Positions 19,036 through 29,755 are shown, counted from the stretch's first letter. The stretch: 64,000 bases of DNA from Synechococcus sp. (GCA_047285535.1 JBJBDC010000001.1:1696136-1760135), one strand, 5' to 3'. Numbers and translations: made by a program. Notes: a model not told the origin generated them from the letters alone.

Positions 19036-20361
19036 TTAAGGGCAAATTACCAAAACAGTTCCCATGTGACTATCAAGACGATGAGTAGAAGCGAGATTAG
19101 AGGTTTTTCCAGGCTCTAGTGAAATTTGTTGACCATTTATTAAGCTTACCTGCCAAGGATGGCGACTAAGATTTTTGAGGCCGAGCAAGCTGGGAACACT
19201 CGGATGTGGAACAATTACGGCAATAGGGTGATCAATAGTTTCTCCTGATAAGACATCAAAATGATGCGGATGCAATTCATTTCCAGCCGAAGCATAAACG
19301 ACTCCATGCGGCAACTTTAAAAGCGTTGGATTAGGCAATGATCCTCTACAACTCCAACAAATCATCTCTTCTTCAGCGTCACAGAAGACCTCCTGACCAC
19401 AGTGAGGGCACAATTGTCGTTGATCGAGGCACTGGGCTAAAGCCTGCTTCCACTGACCAGTTAATGAACGTTGTTCAGGTTGGCGCAGCCCAAGTGACAA
19501 GCTACGTTCAAACAACTTCTGAATAATGCGAGGATAAATAGGCCAGGTGATGAGAGCAGCAATATGTTCAATAGGATCAGGTCGATTGCTCGCATTAATG
19601 GGATCAAAGATAAAAAGTGCCTCTTCGGCATAAAGACACCGCCTGGCCGGTTCGTCTAAACAACGGATCTCTAGCTCGCGGGCACCACGAAAGGGATCAT
19701 GCCGTGTGAGCAAACGAAACAGAAGAACGGCTAACGAGAACAAATCACTACTGGCACCGGGAAGAGCTTTCCCCAAAAGAACCTCTGGCGCAATAAACCC
19801 GGGGGTACCTAAAATTGTGCCATGCCGCTGTCCATCAATATCAACATTGTCGTTGTCACAAATCAAAATCCGTCCGGTACTCGGCTCAAGAAATATATTT
19901 CCGAGAGAAATATCCTTGTAACAAAGTCCTTTCAGATGCAGCTGATGAAAAGCCTCTGCCAAGCGAAAGCAGGCCTTAAGGACATTCTGCAGACTGATTT
20001 CTAAATCACCAACAGCGTGCAAGTGGGATCCGACGAAGCTGGGAGGTCTCAACGGCATCAAATAACCAATTCCACAAAAATCATTATTCTGCGATTCCAA
20101 TGTTGCTAGTGGCCAAAGGAAATCAGCATTTGGTGAACCAAACCTAATGCTTTGGCGCAAGCGTGAATGCAATCCAGGGTCTCTAGCGATACAGCTGGGG
20201 AAATACCATTTCAAGGCAAGCAGTTGACCGCTGCTAGCCTTGTCTAATTCAACGACATAAACTTGACCTTGGCTTCCAGAACCTATTCCCTTTAATATAC
20301 GTAGTGGTGTGTCTAGACCCTTGAATTTTAAACATGGTCCTCGAGGCAACAACCAGGTCAT
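19036..20361 (-). CDS. Ser/Thr protein kinase with C-terminal Zn-ribbon (TerY-P triad)
   Basis: GSGSQGQVY, LALKWY, YKDISLGN, CDNDN, GTPGFIAPE, SDLFSLA; CPHC...CWSC. Confidence 0.9.
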   Translation of the reverse strand: MTWLLPRGPCLKFKGLDTPLRILKGIGSGSQGQVYVVELDKASSGQLLALKWYFPSCIARDPGLHSRLRQSIRFGSPNADFLWPLATLESQNNDFCGIGYLMPLRPPSFVGSHLHAVGDLEISLQNVLKACFRLAEAFHQLHLKGLCYKDISLGNIFLEPSTGRILICDNDNVDIDGQRHGTILGTPGFIAPEVLLGKALPGASSDLFSLAVLLFRLLTRHDPFRGARELEIRCLDEPARRCLYAEEALFIFDPINASNRPDPIEHIAALITWPIYPRIIQKLFERSLSLGLRQPEQRSLTGQWKQALAQCLDQRQLCPHCGQEVFCDAEEEMICWSCRGSLPNPTLLKLPHGVVYASAGNELHPHHFDVLSGETIDHPIAVIVPHPSVPSLLGLKNLSRHPWQVSLINGQQISLEPGKTSNLASTHRLDSHMGTVLVICP

Positions 20362-21072
20362 TGCATACTGTCCTCCTGAATCTCACCAATGAAAGAGTAT
20401 AAGCCAGCAATCATATAGGGATTAAGTTGAGGAAAGCCCGCCATGGGGAGCGGATAACCCTTGAGAAACAATTCATAAGTGATGGATGCAAACTTTATTT
20501 AACTAAAACTGCAAAGCCTGTCAGGCCAAGCAGAGACGGAGACAACAACAGCATGAAAGCTGGCAGAACGGCAATTAAGTGAAAACGCTCTAAGATGAAA
20601 AAATCATGAAGAGCCGTAAAAACGGAGCCACACAACCAATCAAAATCCGAAATTACCAACAGACTAATAATTTTTAGGCTGAATTGAAGTTAAAGCATAA
20701 GGGTGTATGCGATAAGTCACTCAAGGAGAAGGGGTGATAAACGAAAAAATGGGATGTATAATTACACAGTTGATCGATCAATAATTACTGCGCCAATTTG
20801 CAAGAGAGGGCAGACCTCGCTGGAACATAAGATACAATCAAACTGCTTTAAAGATAACATCATCCCAGCAACACCAAAAGCACAAACACTTGCAACAAAG
20901 AAGACCATTCAAAGCCCTAAGAATTGCATGGACGTACGATAAGATGTCTAAAAATATAAGTGCACATGGTGACCAAAATGAGCAACAAAAGTGAGCCTAT
21001 AGACGAGACAAGCAATGGCCTATGAATGATACCAGACAACCATAGATAGACTTACGATACTAGACGATTAAG

Positions 21073-21846
21073 CTATAAACTGCACAACGAATCAAGGAAG
21101 TTCTTGTCACCTTCATCGCATAAATTTCCGCCATGTGATTGTTCAGGCTTTTCAGCATCTCCAGAATCAGTTGAGTTCCCTCTAGAGGGATCATCAGACA
21201 AACTACTATTCTTAATACATTCATCGTATGCAGTATTATTTATAATTCCCAGCGCTCTGCACCTGAAAGAAGGATAATAATTCCAAGCGAAAATAGTTAC
21301 AGACAATGCAACCCCAGATCCCAATATCAGGATTCTCTTGTTAATACGAGCCAAAGCTTTGTTTATTATTCTGGGTAATGATTGACTGTTTCGCTGATTA
21401 ATAGATATTTCGCCCGTAGTATCAGCGAGGATTTGAGAAGGACCCTCAATCTTATAGCTAGAATGATCGGCTGTATCAATTGAATCAACACTGTCTTGGC
21501 TCTTTTTGTCAGAGGATCGCGAATCCTCACTTATCTCCAAGTACCCGTTTAATACTTGACTGATCTGATTGACTATATCATCTCTATAGTATGTTTGAAA
21601 TTCTTCTAAAAGGCTGTCCCTCAATAAAGTCGAATGAGATTGACCATTTTTAAAATCATATTCAAGCAATCGCTGGTTCCCAAAAAGATCCCTTAACGGA
21701 GCCAAAAGCCTCTCGTTATCACCTATATAATCGGCCAATGCTGACTGCATAACAGATCTAATATCAATTCGTGAGCCTATTGTCAAACGAAAAGACTTGA
21801 GTCGTGCCCCAATATCTGCAAGGGATAAGTCAGACTTCGAAGACAC
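21073..21846 (-). CDS. Hypothetical single-pass membrane protein
   Basis: Helical N-domain, low-complexity linker, TM ILILGSGVALSVTIFAW, Cys-containing C-tail. Confidence 0.7.
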   Translation of the reverse strand: MSSKSDLSLADIGARLKSFRLTIGSRIDIRSVMQSALADYIGDNERLLAPLRDLFGNQRLLEYDFKNGQSHSTLLRDSLLEEFQTYYRDDIVNQISQVLNGYLEISEDSRSSDKKSQDSVDSIDTADHSSYKIEGPSQILADTTGEISINQRNSQSLPRIINKALARINKRILILGSGVALSVTIFAWNYYPSFRCRALGIINNTAYDECIKNSSLSDDPSRGNSTDSGDAEKPEQSHGGNLCDEGDKNFLDSLCSL

Positions 21847-22720
21847 TGAAATCTATATTTTTACGAACACTAATTGTATTTCGTTTGCTTGTCAACCGCA
21901 TACACAAAAAATCATGAGGCATGTCTTAAAATTCAATCCCTTTCCATAAGGCAACATTGACTTGTCAGTTTATCCAACGATCTCTATCACAATCGCAGGG
22001 GTAATCATATTTTATACGTTGATCAGCCCAGCCCTGAATATTTAATTACAAAACGAACATATACAAGTCCATCAATAAGACTAGAGCGCCGCGAAGGAAT
22101 GAGAACATTGTGGACATAGTTACAAAATGCCGTTATTTATAAAAAGCGCTTGAAACGTAAGGGTTAATGGCAATACTGAGAAATTTTCAAAATTTCAACT
22201 GATGCAAGCAAATACTCAACTGGATAGAGACAAGCATAGAAATAAAAGCTGCAACTCATCCAACAATCACTTGTGAAGCCATTGATCAATGGGCGATATA
22301 AATCACTATTAACAATAGAAAAAGCGTCTCATAAAAACAAGACTATAGGACAGCACTAAGCACACGACAGCAATCATTGGTCATATTAGTTGCTCAATAT
22401 GGATAAATATCACTGGGTTTAACCAATATTTTCTATTTAATCGATAGGCCCAATAGAGTTAAACCTTTAAAGCGCCTGGAGCTTAAGCTAAAGCCTGATC
22501 AGAAAACTACAATAGTTTTCTTGAGCCAATATATTCTTACACAAAGGAATTTCCCTTGAAGACAAGGTGTTGCAAAAACTTTTTATCATAGTTAATATTT
22601 ATCGTCAATCTCAGTTTTCTCAAAGTCAGAGTTTCATTATTACCAGCACCATGAACCAAAGAAAAGCGGAAAACAAGTTAAACCCATTAATGAAGATAAA
22701 ATTGTGATAATTGACTATAA

Positions 22721-24271
22721 TTGGCAGAGACCTTCAGGGGGATAGCAGTGGAAGGCAATTTCTTTGCTGAATTAACAAAGTCAAACGGTAGACTTCTGAA
22801 GAAACTTAACAATAGCGCCGAGCAAGTCTCAATTGGAACCAGCATTGATTGCGATATCATTATTGATAAAAATATCTATCCAACAGTTTCCAGGGTGCAA
22901 TCGTTTATTAGAATCATTAAAGAAAGTGAGACAATTACAGCTTATATTTTCGATGCAGATTCACGAAATGGGACATATGTGAACGATTTGCGAGTAACAA
23001 ACAAACAGGAGCTGAAAGATGGAGATAAAATCAGTCTTAGCAAACATATCCATGCATGCGAACTTAATTTTAACTACCTCAACACTGAAGATCAGATTCT
23101 GAAGCCTCTGGAAAACTACTACCCAGACAGTAATAAGAAAGACGCTAGAGGATCATCTCCTGTGAAGCTTAAAGAAACAACTCAGAAGGAAAGTACTAAA
23201 AGTAATACAAGTCGGCTTCAAAAGAATGCTCCAATCAATCTCAATTCAATGCTAGCAGAGACTAATAAAATGAAAAACAATCACGAAAAACTAGTAAAAT
23301 CAGATAAAATTGAAAACACAGAAGTTGATGAAAAACAAATAATTTCACAGGGCAATGCGCTTATAATGGACATAAGCAACGAAACAGTACAAAGCAATCC
23401 AAAGCAGACGAATATCAGTATCAGAAAGACATCTCAAGACTCAATAGACATAAATAATACTATTCATAACTCCCAAAAACCGTTAGAATTTGATAGTGAT
23501 CGAGACGATAATGATAGTTTGTTTGTTATTTCAGAAGGTCTAATCGACGCAAAGTCAATAGCTGTCGACTCCCAGGCTTCTCAGATTGCATACTGCTCAG
23601 ACAATGGATATTTAAATTTGCAAAAATTTGGACAATCAGAACCTTTTGCTCATACGGATTTGGGTCAAGCTTCTACGGCAATACGATTTTCAAAGATTGG
23701 AGAATTAATTGCAATCGCAATGCAAAATAAAGATATAGCTATCTGGGATATCAGTCTAAGAAACAAAATAAGTGTGCTACAGGGTCATAAATTACGTATC
23801 ACGGATATTTCATTTAGCCCTAATTCAAACAACTTGGTAAGCTGTAGCTTGGATAAGACAATTCGCTGTTGGGATATACGCTCTGGAAAAGAGCAGAAAG
23901 TAATACGTACTAAGGGTCTTGGGGCTACAGCTATTGACTATATTCAAAATGGTACAAAAATAATTTCTGGAGGAAAAGATCGAGTCCTTAGGTTATGGGA
24001 TTATAATAGTATGGAGGAAGCGCGTCAATTAAGCGCTAACAAGATAAATGCCGGAATCGAGAAGATTTGTTGCTTAGATCAAAGGAATGAGATTCTTGTT
24101 GCAACGGCAGATCATATTATTCACAAACAATCACTTAAGGCCATTGGCATAGACTTGAGCAGTGTGAATTATCCAAGACAAAAATCGATACTTTCAATAT
24201 GCAATAGTGGTAAGCTCTTAAGTCTACTTGATGCAACTGGCCGGCTACAAGGATGGAATATTAATTGTTGA
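22721..24271 (+). CDS. FHA (degenerate) + WD40 repeat protein
   Basis: IGTSIDCDI...VSRVQ...DADSRNGTYVN; WD40 repeats GHKLRITDISFSP...DKTIRCWD and GGKDRVLRLWD. Confidence 0.85.
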   Translation: MAETFRGIAVEGNFFAELTKSNGRLLKKLNNSAEQVSIGTSIDCDIIIDKNIYPTVSRVQSFIRIIKESETITAYIFDADSRNGTYVNDLRVTNKQELKDGDKISLSKHIHACELNFNYLNTEDQILKPLENYYPDSNKKDARGSSPVKLKETTQKESTKSNTSRLQKNAPINLNSMLAETNKMKNNHEKLVKSDKIENTEVDEKQIISQGNALIMDISNETVQSNPKQTNISIRKTSQDSIDINNTIHNSQKPLEFDSDRDDNDSLFVISEGLIDAKSIAVDSQASQIAYCSDNGYLNLQKFGQSEPFAHTDLGQASTAIRFSKIGELIAIAMQNKDIAIWDISLRNKISVLQGHKLRITDISFSPNSNNLVSCSLDKTIRCWDIRSGKEQKVIRTKGLGATAIDYIQNGTKIISGGKDRVLRLWDYNSMEEARQLSANKINAGIEKICCLDQRNEILVATADHIIHKQSLKAIGIDLSSVNYPRQKSILSICNSGKLLSLLDATGRLQGWNINC

Positions 24272-26408
24272 TATTAGACTTATGGATGTCTTCCATGATC
24301 TGAGTCAGTGCATCTAACTGACGACTCATTTTTTTTATATCTATCCTGGTTAGTTTATGATCAGAATCTGCCGAAAGTAAACCATCTGAGCCTATATCTA
24401 CAGTGCTCTTTTGGTGTGAGGAGATATTTGAGGATGTTGCCAATCGACCTTTGAAAAGTTCCTTATGTTGAACAATCTCAGCCAGCAGATATGATCGAAT
24501 CTCATCAATACGAATTTTCATATATGTGATATAATAATTTCTAACTTCTTTCTTGAGTTTTCCTAGAGACTCTTCGCATTTTTGGTCAAGCTCTGAATTA
24601 TAAGTAAAAAACATTAGGATAAGAATTAAGGGTAAAATTATAGGAAGCGCTTCTTTTTTTACATTGTCAAAGTTAAACAAACCCGCAATTATTGAAATAA
24701 TTCCAACTGAGGCTAGGACCTGGCTTCTTAATTGTTTCCAGATATAGCCCGGAAAGTTCGGGAAGAGGATGTAAGTAGAAGTAACGGGAGGAGCCACATC
24801 TGTTTGCAAGATCTTACTAAGATCAAAAGAAAGATTAGGAGTTGTTGACTGTTTTTCATCATTAGCAATGTAAACATTTTTTTCGGTGCTTTGAAACGCT
24901 TCGGAATAAAGACCCTTAAGGCTGTCACTATCATTCTCTTTACCAAGCAAAACTGCATCTAGAGTTGAAGTACACCAATTCATAAGATGACCATGGCACC
25001 AATCAAGCATATGGTTATGAAGATATTCAGTATCCGGTTCATTCTTATGCTGTGCTAAATAAATAATCAATTTATTTCCATTGCGCTTCCTAATTTGTGT
25101 CAATCCTGAAAGTTCGCGATCTACGGATCTCCTCAATGCATTTGGGGAATATTCATCAAGAAATGTCTCTTTCCCTTCCTCTAATGAACTCTTAAGCGTT
25201 TCAATAAAATTATCATAACGAGACACAAAATCAGAACCAAAAGAATTAGCTGCCCCTTGGACTTTGGTCAGTTTAGGATCGTCAGAATTAGTATTCATAC
25301 TCCTCTCATTCTCTAAGTGAGCATCTAAAGTCTCCTCATACAACTTGTGTAGGCTAGAAGTAATCCAGTAAATAGAGCGGGAAATGGAGTTCAACCAATC
25401 TTGGTCATTGCTAGACCCTCTAATTACATTGATACACTCATCGTATTCAGGCTGAGCCGCTGGAACCAGCATTGTCGTCCCATCAGAAGGAACAAAGGGT
25501 GACAAGTAAAGAGGGAAGAAAGAAATCATCGGACTAAGTTCAGCAATATAAGAGCTGAGCTCCGAAACATGATCATTACCAGCAGTCAATATAGAACAAT
25601 TAACAACTACTATAAAGTTAGAAGCTGAACATGAAGACAATAGATATTCAATTAGCTTTAGCACAGATTCGTGATCACTATCTGACAATAAAAGCAAAGC
25701 TGTTGTCACAGCTATGGAATAATGGGAAACATCAGGGCACTCTATATACTTTGTGTTTCTATTATTAATAACATTAAGACTGGCAGAGCCATTCATAGGA
25801 GCATGAGCTCCTAAAGTTATTTCATCATTGGCTGTGAATTGTATCCATTGATTTTGCTGACACTTTTTATTGTTGACAAAAGTCCCATTAAGGCTCCCCA
25901 GATCTCGCAAAAATGTATCATTCTGGGAATTAATTTTAACTTCCGCATGAATTCCGCTTATTAGCGTCAAGTATTTGTCTACAGCCAACGAGCACTTTTG
26001 CTTATTTCTACCAATGGTTTGAACAGAACCTGGAACCAAATCAAGCCTTTTTGACTCATAAACCCCTTCCGAGTTCACAAATTTAATATACATTTCTACT
26101 GAATTATCAATCCTTAGGTGACTTAACCTGTCGTCATCAATCTTGATGTCGAACTCATTGATTTGATTCGACGCAAGCAAGTCCTTTAACAAAGCATATT
26201 CATCTTCTGATTGTGCGCGCAACAACAGAGACCGGGATCGTTCTGTGAGGCAATTTTTGCACAAAGACAAATCGTCAATGGTTAAATCGAGAAATTGCTT
26301 TATTGGCGAATCGTTGACTATTTTCTCTAATTTGACAAGCAACCTTTCGAGTCTACGTGTGACCTTGGCAGTGTCATCCATGTCGCGATTATTCTCCAGG
26401 ACATTCAT
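24261..26408 (-). CDS. FHA-domain protein with helical stalk and C-terminal TM hairpin (dynamin-like architecture)
   Basis: TIGRN...ISGIHAEV...RDLGSLNGTFVNN; two hydrophobic segments VLASVGIISIIAGLF and ALPIILPLILILMFF followed by a coiled-coil-like region. Confidence 0.8.
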   Translation of the reverse strand: MNVLENNRDMDDTAKVTRRLERLLVKLEKIVNDSPIKQFLDLTIDDLSLCKNCLTERSRSLLLRAQSEDEYALLKDLLASNQINEFDIKIDDDRLSHLRIDNSVEMYIKFVNSEGVYESKRLDLVPGSVQTIGRNKQKCSLAVDKYLTLISGIHAEVKINSQNDTFLRDLGSLNGTFVNNKKCQQNQWIQFTANDEITLGAHAPMNGSASLNVINNRNTKYIECPDVSHYSIAVTTALLLLSDSDHESVLKLIEYLLSSCSASNFIVVVNCSILTAGNDHVSELSSYIAELSPMISFFPLYLSPFVPSDGTTMLVPAAQPEYDECINVIRGSSNDQDWLNSISRSIYWITSSLHKLYEETLDAHLENERSMNTNSDDPKLTKVQGAANSFGSDFVSRYDNFIETLKSSLEEGKETFLDEYSPNALRRSVDRELSGLTQIRKRNGNKLIIYLAQHKNEPDTEYLHNHMLDWCHGHLMNWCTSTLDAVLLGKENDSDSLKGLYSEAFQSTEKNVYIANDEKQSTTPNLSFDLSKILQTDVAPPVTSTYILFPNFPGYIWKQLRSQVLASVGIISIIAGLFNFDNVKKEALPIILPLILILMFFTYNSELDQKCEESLGKLKKEVRNYYITYMKIRIDEIRSYLLAEIVQHKELFKGRLATSSNISSHQKSTVDIGSDGLLSADSDHKLTRIDIKKMSRQLDALTQIMEDIHKSNINN

Positions 26409-26899
26409 CGTTATTTTTCAATTTTAATTGGCCTGCAAGCCTTGTCAACACAAGCGATGATGTTACAGAGTAATATACTTTTAGAGCAGTTAAAGATTTC
26501 TCGGTGATCACAAGTAACAGGCGGGAGAACTCATTTAATGGAGCATATTATTGCCTTATAATTAATACTGGGTGATGCCCAATGGAGGCCTAAATCTGTT
26601 TTTATCGGACATCTTATTACACCCAGGGGTATTGGATGTATTCAAGTTATCGAATAAATAACACAGTGGTAATAACAATCATAGTTCTACTTAAGGCCTG
26701 CCAAAGCCTTTAGGATCTCTTCCTTTCCTAGGGATCTTACTTCAGGCTTCTTGTTGGTGTCTTAATTACCACTCAAATAATCATTTTGTTCTTCGGTTGA
26801 TCACTTCGGGGCGTGCTGAGGGGCATAGATTGCCTCGATGATGCCAACCACCTCAGTTTCATTCACTGCAAAAAGGATCGAAGCTCATGCATGATCATC

Positions 26900-27230
26900 C
26901 GTGTAGATCCAAACCTCAGAACAGTTCTACAAGTATGGATGCTGGTGCCTGCTTCGTTTACTCCATCAACTGTTTGAGTGCCTCCAGCAGATCAAGATCT
27001 TTCCCATCCACCAGAGGGCAATAGCCGTTCAACGTTGCATCAAAATCAGCCCACTGAAAATCCCTGCAGATCTTCGCTGAGATCGACACTGCTCGTGCTC
27101 TGGCAACGAGGGCATCAAACCTGCCCAAGCTGTTGACGAAGTGATCTTGACCGTCCAGAAGGACCCTTACCTGTAAAGCACCATTGTTGTTCCGGAGGGC
27201 TGATGCTTTTCTCAAGATCCATCTCATCAC
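26900..27230 (-). pseudogene. Tyrosine integrase N-terminal remnant
   Basis: LRNNNGALQVRV...PLVDGKDLDLLEALKQLME* parallels 29258-29755; after the stop continues TKQ, then frameshifted IHTCRTVLRFGS. Confidence 0.8.
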
Positions 27231-27434
27231 TGGGATCTGGCTTAAAGCCGGCCCTAGGCATATGCCAAGATCACTTAGTTTTCTGCAGCTCTATCGCATC
27301 TCGGACAATCCACTTCGTGAGATTGGCTTGGGCTCTGGCTTTGAGTGCCTGAGGGTGGCTGAGAACCAAGGCAAAAAAAGGCGCGGCGACAAGCTGCATC
27401 AAAGAGTGCGACGGAATGATTCTCAACTTCATTT

Positions 27435-28280
27435 TTACTTCCCAGGCATTTTTTGTTTTTTTAGGTAAAAATAGCTTTTGCCGTATAAATAGCATTTGGT
27501 GGTAGAGGCCTTTTCTAAATCACCTCTAATGTCAATCGGTGCGATTTCTTTGATGCCACAATGGGCACTTGCGTAATCACCAATCTCTAATGCATGCTCA
27601 ATGTGTTCTGGTTTTATTTTGCGCGATGGATTGCTCATATCCCAAAAGCCCTCGCTGCTAACCACTTCTATGCCGTCAATTACCGTGCTACAGATTCCAT
27701 CCGAAATGCAATGTAGTTTTACATTATTTACCCTGCCAGTGACCTTTAATTCAAAAATAAATTCAGGCTCTGTTTTGGCATTGACTTCATGTTCTAAGCC
27801 AGAGCGCGTAAACCAAAATTTTCTTTCGGTTGGAGCATAAATGTTGTCATCAATTTTTTTAAGTCTTAGCTTGTATGTATTGCCAGAAATTGGGAATGCT
27901 GACCTAGTGCCTCCGGGTGGCGCAAATTCCCTACCCCATGAACAATAAGTTTTAGATAACCCATAGTTTTTCATCAGTGGGTTGCTGCGCCCACGGCCCG
28001 AGCAATAATAATCCATGGGATTATATGATGGCAATATAGTTATTATCCGATTATCATTAGGCATGGGAAGCTCAACGACTAATTGAGTGTATGTTTTGCT
28101 GCCATCAATATATTGAGTCAACTGCAATATTTTGGCATTGGAAATTAGGTCGGATTTTTCTTCTATTCTTTGTATTGCTTCCTTCTCGACTATTTCTTGC
28201 AGCCATGGCGCAATAGCGGAATATGAACTAACGGGAGTCAAAAAGACCGCGACTAGCGAAGTAATTATTTTGCCCTTCAC
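27435..28280 (-). CDS. Hypothetical exported protein
   Basis: 281-aa ORF with signal-peptide-like MKGKIITSLVAVFLTPVSSYSA and several Cys. Confidence 0.7.
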   Translation of the reverse strand: MKGKIITSLVAVFLTPVSSYSAIAPWLQEIVEKEAIQRIEEKSDLISNAKILQLTQYIDGSKTYTQLVVELPMPNDNRIITILPSYNPMDYYCSGRGRSNPLMKNYGLSKTYCSWGREFAPPGGTRSAFPISGNTYKLRLKKIDDNIYAPTERKFWFTRSGLEHEVNAKTEPEFIFELKVTGRVNNVKLHCISDGICSTVIDGIEVVSSEGFWDMSNPSRKIKPEHIEHALEIGDYASAHCGIKEIAPIDIRGDLEKASTTKCYLYGKSYFYLKKQKMPGK

Positions 28281-28719
28281 GAATTGCGCTCAATTGGTAG
28301 ATAATATAATTGGATAGCCTGCGGTGCGCTTGATCTTCATGCGGCCTTAACATGCCGACTAAATCCTCAAAGAGATTGCCACTTCCTTTAGCGATATGAG
28401 CTTTGAGCTGAATCCCGATCGCTGTTAATTACAAGAGACTGATAGTGCAGGGAATACTTACCTGGGCATCCAGTCCCTATATTGAAATAGGCGAAATCCG
28501 CAGTTGTGGATTATTTGATTTGATTGAATTAGCACCTACAGGTGACAGCGTTTGACGCAGAATCCTCCTGCCTGTCAACACTGAAATAATGCTTCGGTGT
28601 TTCGATGAGTCAAACTTTTTTCATGTTTGGAACCCCTCGTTTCGATAGCTGTTAGCTGTGCCCTTATCGTCAACACTACAAGGCTAAACTTTAAGGATGC
28701 AAAGTCATCTATTTTGCAA

Positions 28720-29755
28720 GAACGTTTGGCATACTTCAGCAGCTAATGATCAACGCTAAGTCCTGCTACTGATGCAAGGTCTGCAGAAGTATTTCCCATA
28801 GCAAGAGCGTGTGAGAGGAACGAATGCCTTTGGGAATACAAACTCTGACAGGTATCCCCAACCGTCTCTGAGAGCGTTTCCATACTTGCTCAAGCCGCTG
28901 TCATCCAAATGCCCATAAGACCTTGGGGTTACGAACACAAGACCACTCTTGGTACAGAGACCAAGTGCCTCACTCGTGGAGCGATGCTCTCTCAGCATCT
29001 CCACCACCTGGGGGGTGATCGGAACCACTCTGTTCTTCCCAGTCTTGGTGGATGCCCAAATCCTCTTGTGGGTAGCAGTCCCTTCTCTCTTCAACGTCTT
29101 ACTGATCCAAAGTTCAGCGTCATCCAACCGAACGGCATCCCTCGTCAAACCAATCAGTGCTGAATTCCGCAGTCCTGTACTCATCCACAGCAAGAAGGAG
29201 GGGTAGAACCATTCCTCATGGGTCTTGAGGTGTGCCAGAACCTGTTGAATCTCTTCCTTAATGAGAACCTCCTGATGAACACTTCTCGTTGGCACCTTGA
29301 TCACCGCTGATAGCAACGCCTTGTTCTTCGGTTGAATCCTGCGAATAATGCTGAGGATCATGGACTGGGTAGACGGCCAGCCCCCTCTTATCCATCCACT
29401 CCACAAACCTCCGAACTTCCAGTGTTGTCTTAAGGGGACTTCCAAACCTCAAGACAGGCCGATAGGCATGGATCACACGTCCTTGCTTGGTCTGCTCCAT
29501 CAACTGCTTGAGTGCCTCGATCAAATCCAAATCCTGACCATCCACCAGTGGTCGGTTACGGTTCAAACTCAGATCCAGGTCACCCTGCTGGTCATCACTC
29601 CAGATCTCAGCAGTGATCGCCTCTGCTCTTGCAATCGCAACCGCAACCGGGTAGAGCCAACGACCCAACCTGTAGATCCTCCGTTCTTCCCCATCGATCC
29701 GCACTCGAACCACGATGCTGCCATTGTTTGTCCGCAGCGAAGGTCGTTTCCTCAT
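28720..29755 (-). pseudogene. Frameshifted tyrosine recombinase/integrase
   Basis: Split across frames: box I STGLRNSALIGL, TKTGKNRVVPI; box II in another frame LYSQRHSFLSHALAMG...VAGLSVDH*LLKYAK. Confidence 0.88.
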
